Source: Chlamydiales bacterium (GTDB lineage Bacteria; Chlamydiota; Chlamydiia; Chlamydiales; JBDQID01). Taken from it: a stretch of 22,927 bases of DNA. The DNA lies in the NCBI GenBank assembly GCA_047611865.1, contig JBLFWS010000039.1, forward strand, positions 1 through 22,927, read 5' to 3'. Of this stretch, positions 9,142 to 17,505 are shown piece by piece. The first letter of the stretch is position 1. Every line of letters starts with the position of its first letter. A program made the translations under genes and the position numbers. The notes beneath the pieces were generated by a model, which saw only the letters and a program-made list of their open reading frames with translations, searched no databases and was not told the DNA's origin.

Positions 9142-9509
9142 GGCTTACCTCTACGTTCGTGATGTTTTGAGTCTAGAAAGCCATGATCTATAAGTGTCAA
9201 AAGAAAAGTACTGGTCATCTACAAAAGAGTATTCGGGAAAAAGTTCAGTTCAGGGTGGTCACAACCTCCACAAGCGAAATCGAACGCTATCAAAAATTTT
9301 AATTTAACATCTACACTTAAATATATTTCTTCAAAATTTAAACGCGAAGATTGCGAAGGTCGAGAAGGAAGATAAGAAGAGAGAATCTAAAGAATCACAA
9401 TGATAGTCTTAGGACTCCCTATATTAAGGATAGACTCAGCAGGTTAGGTGAGATGTGAACATTTGTGACTAAGGACATAGACGAAGTCTAGTTCTACAGT
9501 TCAGGCTTA

Positions 9510-10169
9510 TTACTCATCTTTAAAATCATAAAGAACCTTCTCCCAATTAAGGGCAGCCTTCAGACTGTCTAAATTAAGATTTTTGGCCGTTTTAAAGTTA
9601 GCCCCTTCAACATCTGCTCCCTCAAAAACAGCCCCTTCAAGATTAGCCCTCTGAAACTGAGCATTTCTCAAAGACACACCACTGAAATCCACATCCATAA
9701 GCTTGGCATCCCTCAAAGACACATAATCCAATTTAAGACCAGAAAGAGTAAAACCACTGAGATCTCCACCATCGAGTTTCACATGTGGGTTGCTAGTATA
9801 GTTATAAACCCCTTGTAGATTTCGGGCTGTGAATTGTATAAAATCTTCTAGCTCCAGATGCTTGCCGTGAACATTCAAGTCGTTAACTATCTTTTGAGCT
9901 CGGGAGGCCATCAAATCCAAGGTTGTCTGTTGTTCGACCCCATCAGAACGCAACCTTGTCAAATCATGATAAAAGTTGTTCACGGCAATAGAAATCATTA
10001 AGCCTTTATGCCGCTGATTTTCATGTTCTTCCAAGGTCCACCCAAGACAGACAAGGGAAACTGTTGCTATCGCCAAAACTGTTACAGCAATTGCCGCACA
10101 GACCCCAAGAAAAAGCTCAAACCGTTCAATGCCTAAAAAGGTCTTTTCAAAATATTCTCTATCCACCAC
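9510..10169 (-). CDS. Membrane-anchored pentapeptide-repeat protein
   Basis: One N-terminal transmembrane segment and C-terminal A(D/N)LxX-type repeats (GDLSG...AKLMD VDFSG...AQFQR ANLEG AVFEG ADVEG ANFKT). Confidence 0.8.
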   Translation of the reverse strand: MVDREYFEKTFLGIERFELFLGVCAAIAVTVLAIATVSLVCLGWTLEEHENQRHKGLMISIAVNNFYHDLTRLRSDGVEQQTTLDLMASRAQKIVNDLNVHGKHLELEDFIQFTARNLQGVYNYTSNPHVKLDGGDLSGFTLSGLKLDYVSLRDAKLMDVDFSGVSLRNAQFQRANLEGAVFEGADVEGANFKTAKNLNLDSLKAALNWEKVLYDFKDE

Positions 10170-10369
10170 AGCCTCTCATTTAGCAAAATTACTTAGATAT
10201 CGGCATCCAGTACTGATGTCTTTAGTAGGTCGTGTATTTAATCAGTTCCTATCTTAACACTTCCTTAATGCCCTCTTTACCAAGTATTAAAATAATTAAG
10301 ATACAATTACTTTAGGTGAGTGCCAAAGCTTACTAATTTCAATGTAAAACGGAGCAATTGGAGATAATC

Positions 10370-11992
10370 ATGACTGTCGGAGGCCAAAAAAGTGGCGAAT
10401 ATCTGTTTCAAACTAGTCAGAACGTCCTCGAAACGGTAGGAAGCAGAAAGAAAGGAGAATGGCTATCTTCAAACAAGAATGGCGACCTCATCAAAATATC
10501 TGGAAAACTCGGCAAAATCTGGCATCTTATCAAAAACTTTTGCTCCCATCAAAGCGTTGATAAAAGAACCAATCAGATTATCTTCAACGCCTGTGAAAAA
10601 CTCGCTCAAGAGATTACAAACACAAAACATTCACTAAAAGACCTGAAAGCTGTCGAATTGAAAGTTGATGATTTTGCAAAAAGCCTCAGTGGTCTTTCAA
10701 CAAAAGTATGCAATCAGGAGATCGTTAATAAAGTCAAAGAAGGCTTTAATTCCGAAATAACTAAAGGTTTACTATCCAAATCATCCCGAAAAACAGTCTG
10801 GCCATCGGAAGCAGTACATTATGAATTACCAGTAAAAGAACAATGTGAAATGCTTCTTAAGCTAATAGAACGCTCCCCGAAACCCCAAGAAGCATCAATA
10901 GCTGCCAACGCTGTCATTGAAGAAGTCAACGGAAGAAATCTAAGAAAACTAAAAAAACAATTCCCCTATATAGAAGCCATTGACAAATTAGTAAAAGCAT
11001 CCGTTCCCACCCCTCCATCGATTGAAGTCGTTCAAGATACTATCAGCAATGCAGTCTCCCCTCCCCTTTCTCCAGCCCCCAGAGACGCTGTTGAAATATT
11101 CGCAAGTGTTGGAATCGTCCCAACAGACGAGGCAGATTCCCCTCAAATCCTCCCCCTAAGCAAGGATGAAATTGTTCCGCAGCTATATGATGCTCTAGGA
11201 ATAGAAGCCATGGCAAGCTCTCCTATGAAAGCGACAAAAAAAATGGCTGTTGATACAATCCATGCTTTGTTATTTCCTCTTGAAAATGTACAAGCCAGAG
11301 TCTCTTCCAATCAAGGCGTTACTACTTTGACTGTCGAATCTGATAAATTTGTCAGAGGAGACACCAAATTTAAAAGTAAAATCCCCTACGACCCGATGCT
11401 CAATAAAGACATGGTATTTACCATTCGGGAAGCCGAAGGGAACTTAATTGTAGAGTTATCCGATGATACTCTCTTAATGGGAAAAGTTAGCTATAAAAAA
11501 GCCGTTGAAATCGGCAACTCTGCCAGTTTAGTCGCTAGAAATGACGTTATGAAAGGCTTAAATATTGCCATCCCCCAGAGTGTAAAAAGCTTTACCTTCT
11601 CATCAAAGGGTAACAATCCTGAAGATGTAGAAGTCCATATGGATGTCATAGATAAACTCCCAGAAGCCTGGGGATGGGATACAAAACAAGTTAAGAGTGC
11701 TCAAAAATGGGGGCACGACAAGTTTTATGATACCTACAATAGCAAAAATCGTACTCTCGCAGAAAAATTTGCTGCCAGTACATGGAATTACGGTTGTATG
11801 CTAAAGGAATCAGGAAAAGCTGATGTTCTCCTCCGCATGTTTTCTCCGTGGCTGGACAAAGGAGAAGGCAGTGACGGCCGAACAAAATGGTCTCCTCAAA
11901 GCCAAAGCGAATTTGAAACATCCAATACAGAAGATGAACAAAGCTGGGTTGGCAAAGAAATGACCATGAACTGGAAAACTACAGTCTCTTAA
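10370..11992 (+). CDS. Hypothetical protein (orphan, effector-like)
   Basis: 540-aa ORF with SD GGAG before ATG 10370 (alternative start TTG 10358). Central Pro/Ser-rich linker; no domain recognised. Confidence 0.7.
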   Translation: MTVGGQKSGEYLFQTSQNVLETVGSRKKGEWLSSNKNGDLIKISGKLGKIWHLIKNFCSHQSVDKRTNQIIFNACEKLAQEITNTKHSLKDLKAVELKVDDFAKSLSGLSTKVCNQEIVNKVKEGFNSEITKGLLSKSSRKTVWPSEAVHYELPVKEQCEMLLKLIERSPKPQEASIAANAVIEEVNGRNLRKLKKQFPYIEAIDKLVKASVPTPPSIEVVQDTISNAVSPPLSPAPRDAVEIFASVGIVPTDEADSPQILPLSKDEIVPQLYDALGIEAMASSPMKATKKMAVDTIHALLFPLENVQARVSSNQGVTTLTVESDKFVRGDTKFKSKIPYDPMLNKDMVFTIREAEGNLIVELSDDTLLMGKVSYKKAVEIGNSASLVARNDVMKGLNIAIPQSVKSFTFSSKGNNPEDVEVHMDVIDKLPEAWGWDTKQVKSAQKWGHDKFYDTYNSKNRTLAEKFAASTWNYGCMLKESGKADVLLRMFSPWLDKGEGSDGRTKWSPQSQSEFETSNTEDEQSWVGKEMTMNWKTTVS

Positions 11993-12288
11993 GAGACCGT
12001 ATAAAAATAGCTCTGGACATATTGATTAATCCGTGACGGCAATATGTCCTCCTCACAATCTCGCCCATAATCTTTTACCCGTTGAATCATGTGATTGTTA
12101 ATTCTCTCACAGCTATTTTCAAAAAATTCAAATAATTTAAATGTTATAACAACTGCTGCATGAGCTGGTGTTATAGTTGCAAAGTCCATCAAATCATCAT
12201 CTAAATCCTCAGACTCACTTATTAATGGTCTATTGTTTTCTCTAGGAGATATTTGCATATTACACCCTTGGATTAATTGTAGGGACAA
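11989..12288 (-). CDS. Small hypothetical protein
   Basis: 99-aa ORF with an acidic patch, filling the gap between two plus-strand genes. GGAGG upstream; start uncertain (TTG 12288 or ATG 12258). Confidence 0.45.
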   Translation of the reverse strand: MSLQLIQGCNMQISPRENNRPLISESEDLDDDLMDFATITPAHAAVVITFKLFEFFENSCERINNHMIQRVKDYGRDCEEDILPSRINQYVQSYFYTVS

Positions 12289-12340
12289 TTTCGGAAAATA
12301 GCCTCCGAAAAAAAACTTGTCAATATCTCATATTTAACCC

Positions 12341-12369
12341 TTCTCAAAAACACCTTTTAAAGCTATAAT
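12341..12369 (+). promoter_or_regulatory. Sigma70/sigma66-type promoter
   Basis: TTCTCA-N17-TATAAT, ending 45 nt upstream of ATG 12415. Confidence 0.5.
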
Positions 12370-12414
12370 TCACTCCCTAAACTCCAAATAAAAATTGAAA
12401 ACAGGAATTTCAAA

Positions 12415-13053
12415 ATGACTATGAGTGCCATTGGTAGAATCCAAGCAGAATTGAGTATTGCAAACGATTGGGTAAAGAGTAACATGGGTATCAACCTCCC
12501 GGATGCTGCCGCAAGAGGACAAGCTTCTGCATCTAATCTCGTTATAAATTATGCCAGCGAAATCGTTGATAACAACCAGACTTGCACCACAACCGCAAAA
12601 GTTTATGCCTGTGTTCTAGCATCCGTTTTCACTCTCCCATACTTTGCTCTTGCCACCCTTTCAGGAATCACGATGAATACATTGAATCGCGACTGGGACA
12701 ACAAGATTCAAAATGTCGTGAATAAGACGAACAACCTCGCTCATAAATTTGGAGTAAGCTCTGGTCTCCTCAATGCAAGTGAAGCTGATAGACCAGAACT
12801 AGATAATACTACACGCATAAGAAAAGCTCGTAGCCTTGTTGCTGCCAGTGGAATAGCTTTAGCATCATACCTTTTGCTTCCCTTTCCTCTTCCTCTTGCT
12901 CTGGGTGCGACAACAGGTCTCGTTATGGGTAAAGAGATCGGAAAGAATTTTTTCGACTACCGTGCTCAAAGAATCGACAACGTCATCACCGTCCAACGCT
13001 GTGCTCTTCATTGGCTGAATCAAACAAGAGCAAATCGTTTACACGCTGAATAG
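12415..13053 (+). CDS. Hypothetical membrane protein, Inc-like
   Basis: 212 aa with SD AGGA. Hydrophobic stretches VYACVLASVFTLPYFALATLSGI and the bilobed SLVAASGIALASYLLLPFPLPLALGATTGLVMG. Confidence 0.7.
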   Translation: MTMSAIGRIQAELSIANDWVKSNMGINLPDAAARGQASASNLVINYASEIVDNNQTCTTTAKVYACVLASVFTLPYFALATLSGITMNTLNRDWDNKIQNVVNKTNNLAHKFGVSSGLLNASEADRPELDNTTRIRKARSLVAASGIALASYLLLPFPLPLALGATTGLVMGKEIGKNFFDYRAQRIDNVITVQRCALHWLNQTRANRLHAE

Positions 13054-13092
13054 TCAATAAGCTCTGTTGCCCCCCCCCCCCTCAATAAGACT

Positions 13093-13127
13093 AAAGTACA
13101 CACTCCCAATCGGGAGTGTGTACTTTT
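13093..13127 (+). terminator. Intrinsic terminator
   Basis: AAAGTACACACTCCC-AATC-GGGAGTGTGTACTTTT, a perfect 15-bp stem 40 nt after the stop codon. Confidence 0.85.
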
Positions 13128-13237
13128 GGAACTCTTGTAAAACTATTGAAACATCTCTTTTTGGGAGTCTCTATTTTAGATATAGGCATCTCTTGTAACG
13201 CCCTACAGATTTAACCAGATGCCTATGGGGCAAGGCC

Positions 13238-13718
13238 CCATACGCATCAAGCTAAGGTTGTATGTGGTCGTAAGAGAAAGGATAGGATAGAAAAATCCTT
13301 ACCCACGAAGTGGGTTGCAGAAGGTAGCCCAGTGCAAGAGCGAGGGAGCTTGCGACTGAGACACGTAGCTCTGGGTATCTGAATAAACAAAATCTTCACC
13401 CTTGAAAAGGGTGATGGAAATGCTAAAACATCTAACGAGCTTAAGAGATTTCCAGCACCCTTTTCAAGAGTGCACAAATAAATTCGCACATACCCAGAGC
13501 TACGTGTCTCGGTCGCAAGCTCCCTCGCTCTTGCACTGGGCTATCTTCTATAACCCACTTCGTGGGTATCCTTGCTTACACTTTTTATTTACGAATTCTT
13601 TGCGCTAAAATGTAAAATTACTTAATTTTTAGCAAAACAAATCGCTACAGATTTGATTCGTCATTTTACCCAAGCAATTCTTTTATAATTACTTACATTC
13701 TTAGCTTGATGCGTATGG
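13238..13718. mobile_element. Non-autonomous IS4-like element (481 bp) with target-site duplication
   Basis: Perfect 19-bp TIR CCATACGCATCAAGCTAAG / CTTAGCTTGATGCGTATGG. Direct repeat GGCAAGGCC at 13229-13237 and 13719-13727 (11 bp if the TIR is one base shorter). No transposase. Confidence 0.75.
13300..13568. repeat. Long nested palindrome (REPIN-like)
   Basis: 79-bp arms at 13300-13378 and 13490-13568 (4 mismatches). Inner 25-bp arms at 13397-13421 and 13448-13472 (2 mismatches). Confidence 0.85.
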
Positions 13719-13767
13719 GGCAAGGCCCTGAATGGATTCCTCGCCCCCTGATACAAACTTCAAAAGC

Positions 13768-14553
13768 TTAGCCGATTTTTTTCTGATACGCGTCCCAGGC
13801 TTGGCGACGATACTCAGCGGCAATACCCACTGGATCTTCATGGGCAATGATACCGCGCCCAACGATGATGATGTCGCTTTGCTCTTCTGCAATAACCTTG
13901 TATGGCGTCAGGTATTGCTGTCCGAGGCTATCGCCTTTATCGCTAAGGCTTACGCCCGGTGTGAAATGAATAAAGCGTGGATCATCAAGTAACTTTTTCC
14001 TGGAAATGAAACCTATAACGAAGTCGCTATACTGTCGTGCCATCCTCAGGGAGGCACTCGTATATTCCTCTTTCGCTAAAGTCCCTTTAGGACTCATTTC
14101 TGCCAGGAGAAGAAGGCCTCTTCCTTTCGGCAAGCCTACCTCACGTAACCCCTCGATAATTCCAGGTCCTGGAACCGTATGGGCATTGGTAATATCTGCC
14201 CAGTCCACGATACGGTACATCCCTTTCTCATACTGCGCTTTCACAGTATTTCCAATATCGGCAAATTTACGATCCTCAAAAATCAGAAATCGATGTTTTT
14301 CTGCAAGGGCTTGAAGAGTTTTCACCAAGTCCTGATCAAAGTCTTCGACTATATCAATGTGGGTTTTAAGCACACAAATTTCTGGCCCCAAGCAATCAGC
14401 AAGATGTATCAGTTCCGCTTTTGTCGTTACATCAGCAGCTACGGACAAGTTACTGCGCTTTTCGTCCATAAGCAAAAGCAGAGCTTTGGCTGTGGGATTG
14501 CCACATAGCTGTGCCCTTTCTGTAAATGAAGGTGTTAGTACCTCAAGAGACAT
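13768..14553 (-). CDS. pyrF: Orotidine-5'-phosphate decarboxylase, eukaryotic URA3/UMPS type
   Basis: Motifs [41 protein letters not shown]...GDSLGQQY and IIVGRGI. ATG 14553 with SD AAAGGT is preferred over TTG 14586. Confidence 0.95.
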   Translation of the reverse strand: MSLEVLTPSFTERAQLCGNPTAKALLLLMDEKRSNLSVAADVTTKAELIHLADCLGPEICVLKTHIDIVEDFDQDLVKTLQALAEKHRFLIFEDRKFADIGNTVKAQYEKGMYRIVDWADITNAHTVPGPGIIEGLREVGLPKGRGLLLLAEMSPKGTLAKEEYTSASLRMARQYSDFVIGFISRKKLLDDPRFIHFTPGVSLSDKGDSLGQQYLTPYKVIAEEQSDIIIVGRGIIAHEDPVGIAAEYRRQAWDAYQKKIG

Positions 14554-15163
14554 TGACAAGACCTTTTGTTTGTGCGCCTCGAACAAACTCTAATACGGCT
14601 TCTACCATACTGGCTTCGATTTTCTTAGAGTCATGTAAAGTTTCCAGCATCTGGGTTAGAGTAAACACTGCGTGCAGAGTCACATTTTGATCACTAAGGT
14701 TTTCTTTTCCGCCCTGCTCTCTATCGAAAAGAACCACGCAATCATTGATTTCCAAGCCCTCTGTTCTAAGCCCAAAAACCGTTTCTAAAGCACTGGAACC
14801 ACTGGTGACAAGATCTTCCACTATGAGACATTTTTGCCCCTTTTCGAAAGAACCCTCAATCATTTTTTTTGTTCCGTAACCCTTCACTTCCTTACGACGC
14901 ATCAACATGGGGATTTCGTGCTCTAAAGAAATGCATGTGCTTATAGGCAATGCTGTATAAGGCACCCCACATAAAACGTCAAAAGAAACCCCATGGACTT
15001 TCTCCCACATGGCCTTTGCCACAGCTTTTAGCAGGCGTGGGTGTGAAACAATTACCCTCAGGTCGAGGTAAATGGGAGAAATAATTCCCGTTTTCAGGGT
15101 AAAGCTACCAAACTTTACTGCCTTCACATCATGTAATCCCAACATCAGTTCTTGTTCATTCAT
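14543..15163 (-). CDS. pyrE: Orotate phosphoribosyltransferase, UMPS-type
   Basis: Motifs [39 protein letters not shown], the PRPP-binding [11 protein letters not shown] and DREQGG. Confidence 0.95.
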   Translation of the reverse strand: MNEQELMLGLHDVKAVKFGSFTLKTGIISPIYLDLRVIVSHPRLLKAVAKAMWEKVHGVSFDVLCGVPYTALPISTCISLEHEIPMLMRRKEVKGYGTKKMIEGSFEKGQKCLIVEDLVTSGSSALETVFGLRTEGLEINDCVVLFDREQGGKENLSDQNVTLHAVFTLTQMLETLHDSKKIEASMVEAVLEFVRGAQTKGLVNVS

Positions 15164-15166
15164 TCT

Positions 15167-16234
15167 CTATACCCCTATCAAAGATTGTTTTTGATGATGT
15201 TCCATTGCCATCCAGGGATTCCACATCATCCCCGTAGCTGTTTGCGCCACGTCCGCTCCAGCTTCAATGAATTCTAAAAAATGTTCTTCTTTGGTGATGC
15301 CACCGACACCCACCAGCTGCATATCTAGTTTCTCTTTTTCAATAATCCTTCTGCCTTCTCTGATGAAGTTCAGTGCTGTTTTCCGTATGGGTGCCCCACA
15401 AACACCAGCTGTTGGCCGGTCAGCACCAAAAGAGTACTCTCCCTTTTTGTTGACAACCTCTTTGCTTATTGTGTTGATCCCCGCTACGGCTCTTGCACCT
15501 GCACGCGCTGCCGCGATAAACACATTCTCCATTACCTGTACGTCGGGAAAAGAAGCTACCTTGATAATTAATGGGGTGTCGCCCAAGACTTCCACCAGTC
15601 GCGAAGCAATCAGAAAAACCGACTGCACGTCGAGGTACACCTGACCCTGTCCTGTGCTCACATTTGGACAGGAAAAATTTGCCTCTACGATTTTCGCACC
15701 GGCTTCTTTTGCCAGCTTTGCTGTGTAGACAAAGTCATCGATAAAGCCTCTTTCGGCACAAAACCCTCCTACTACTGATACTACCAGCACTTGCCCTTCT
15801 CTTAATCCCGCATTTCCTCTTGCTATATCTTCCATCAGAAATTCAGGTGTCTGGGAAGGCATCCCGAAGGAGTTGGTGATAGCAATATTTGTGATCGGAT
15901 CGGGAGCATCTTTAGCTTCTCTAACGGAGCCTTTTCCATTTTCTAAAGGCTTGTCAATATCCAGATAAATGACGTTAGGTAAGGGGTGCCCCTGAAAAGC
16001 TTTGCTACGGATCGTTTTATACGTTACGATATCAAAGCCCATGTCACCTGCAAAATTTGTCCACTTACTTGTGAGCAAAGGCCCCGCTGGAACACCCACG
16101 CGAGAGGCAAGCTTTACCCCCAAAAAATCTACCCATTCAGACTTTGGTGGCATCACTCTTTTCGGTAGTACCTCATCGAAGAAAGGTCCTTCCGCTACAT
16201 TTTCTGCGTAGCTCTTATAAATGTCATAAATCAT
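15167..16234 (-). CDS. pyrD: Dihydroorotate dehydrogenase, atypical class-1-like
   Basis: FMN barrel motifs GVPAGPLL, TYKT, TNSFGMP, EANFSCPN (catalytic Cys), GINT and VGVGGI; it lies between pyrC and pyrE. Confidence 0.85.
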   Translation of the reverse strand: MIYDIYKSYAENVAEGPFFDEVLPKRVMPPKSEWVDFLGVKLASRVGVPAGPLLTSKWTNFAGDMGFDIVTYKTIRSKAFQGHPLPNVIYLDIDKPLENGKGSVREAKDAPDPITNIAITNSFGMPSQTPEFLMEDIARGNAGLREGQVLVVSVVGGFCAERGFIDDFVYTAKLAKEAGAKIVEANFSCPNVSTGQGQVYLDVQSVFLIASRLVEVLGDTPLIIKVASFPDVQVMENVFIAAARAGARAVAGINTISKEVVNKKGEYSFGADRPTAGVCGAPIRKTALNFIREGRRIIEKEKLDMQLVGVGGITKEEHFLEFIEAGADVAQTATGMMWNPWMAMEHHQKQSLIGV

Positions 16235-17505
16235 GCTATCCCCCCAACGATTTCTCTTCCTAGAATCTCTTGCACCTTGGATCCCTCGGTATCCACTCTG
16301 AACACACGTCCCTTAACAACCGTGTAAACTGGCCAACCCTTTAGTTGCATTCCTGCAAATGGCGACCATGCACATTTTGTTTTAAGATTTTTTGCCTCCA
16401 CCTCTTTAGTCAAATTGAGGTCTACAAGAACTATATCGTCGTTACTCTCCAGAGAAAATAACTTGTCGATATTAGTTCTTGTGATGGCTACAATCTGCTC
16501 AAGGGTAATCCTCTTTTTGCTGTAAGCATCGAGGAAAAGAGGCAAAAGAGTCTCTAGTCCCGGGACTCCTGAAGGAGCCTGCCTGTAGGGTAGTGTTTTT
16601 TCTTCGAGGGTGTGAGGGGCATGATCTGTTCCGATCGCATCGACTGTCCCGTCAAGAATCCCTTCCCATAGAGCTTGCACATCTTCTTCTTTACGCAAGG
16701 GAGGGTTCATTTGAACCTTTGTTCCCTGCTCTTTGTATTGGTACTCTGTATGAAAGAGGTGATGTGGAGTGGTTTCTGTAAAGACACGGAGCCCTCTCTT
16801 TTTTGCGTCTCGGATTAAGCTTACTTCTTCTTTCGTGCTGATGTGAAGAACATAGAGCCGTGTGCCATATTTTCCCGAAAGAGCGATTGCTTTGGACACT
16901 GATTTTTCTGCCGCGGAGCGATCTCTAATTTTCGAATGAACAGAAGGGGTCGTAACATCTTTGTAGGTTTCTGAATATTTCTTCAGGGTACATTCATCCT
17001 CAGCATGCACTCCAACGATCATATCAGCTTCTGCCGCTATCTTGAAGATCTTATCCAATGATTCGTCGTCATCAACGAGAAGGTCTCCAGTACTTGCACC
17101 CATAAAAACTTTTATTCCCACCACTTGACCTTTTGCCAAGGGAATCTGTGCCATCTGATTCCTGTCGCCACCAAAATACAGGCCGTAGCGTAAGGGTATG
17201 CCCACCTTGTCTAGCTGACCGTTGATAATGGCTTTCTTTTCGGCTAGTCTCTGTACTGTTGTTGTAACAGGAGATGTGTTGGGCATATCGAATACTCGGG
17301 TTACCCCTCCGGCAATAGCCGCGGCTGCTCCGGTCTCCCAATTTTCCTTGTACTCGGCACCAGGTGTACGAAAGTGTACGTGAGGATCTGTAAGACCTGG
17401 TAAAAATGTTAAGCCTTGGCCATCAATGATGATGTCCTCATTGGATTTTATAGTAACTGTCTGTTGAACCCCTTTGATATCCAGGACATTCTCTATTCTA
17501 ATCAT
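16231..17505 (-). CDS. pyrC: Dihydroorotase
   Basis: Motifs PGLTDPHVHFRTPG, DMPNT, GIKVFMG, HAED, TPHHL, MNPPLR and GTDHAPH; operon context. Confidence 0.92.
   Translation of the reverse strand: MIRIENVLDIKGVQQTVTIKSNEDIIIDGQGLTFLPGLTDPHVHFRTPGAEYKENWETGAAAAIAGGVTRVFDMPNTSPVTTTVQRLAEKKAIINGQLDKVGIPLRYGLYFGGDRNQMAQIPLAKGQVVGIKVFMGASTGDLLVDDDESLDKIFKIAAEADMIVGVHAEDECTLKKYSETYKDVTTPSVHSKIRDRSAAEKSVSKAIALSGKYGTRLYVLHISTKEEVSLIRDAKKRGLRVFTETTPHHLFHTEYQYKEQGTKVQMNPPLRKEEDVQALWEGILDGTVDAIGTDHAPHTLEEKTLPYRQAPSGVPGLETLLPLFLDAYSKKRITLEQIVAITRTNIDKLFSLESNDDIVLVDLNLTKEVEAKNLKTKCAWSPFAGMQLKGWPVYTVVKGRVFRVDTEGSKVQEILGREIVGGIA

Noticed and set aside
13070..13081. C12 homopolymer as a phase-variation tract
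   Set aside because: It lies between a stop codon and its terminator, where a length change has no evident effect.
13247..13608. 80-aa and 68-aa ORFs
   Set aside because: By-products of the palindrome; no transposase motifs.
16231..17505. Allantoinase or hydantoinase instead of PyrC
   Set aside because: The HVHFR substrate Arg, DMPNT and the operon position favour dihydroorotase.
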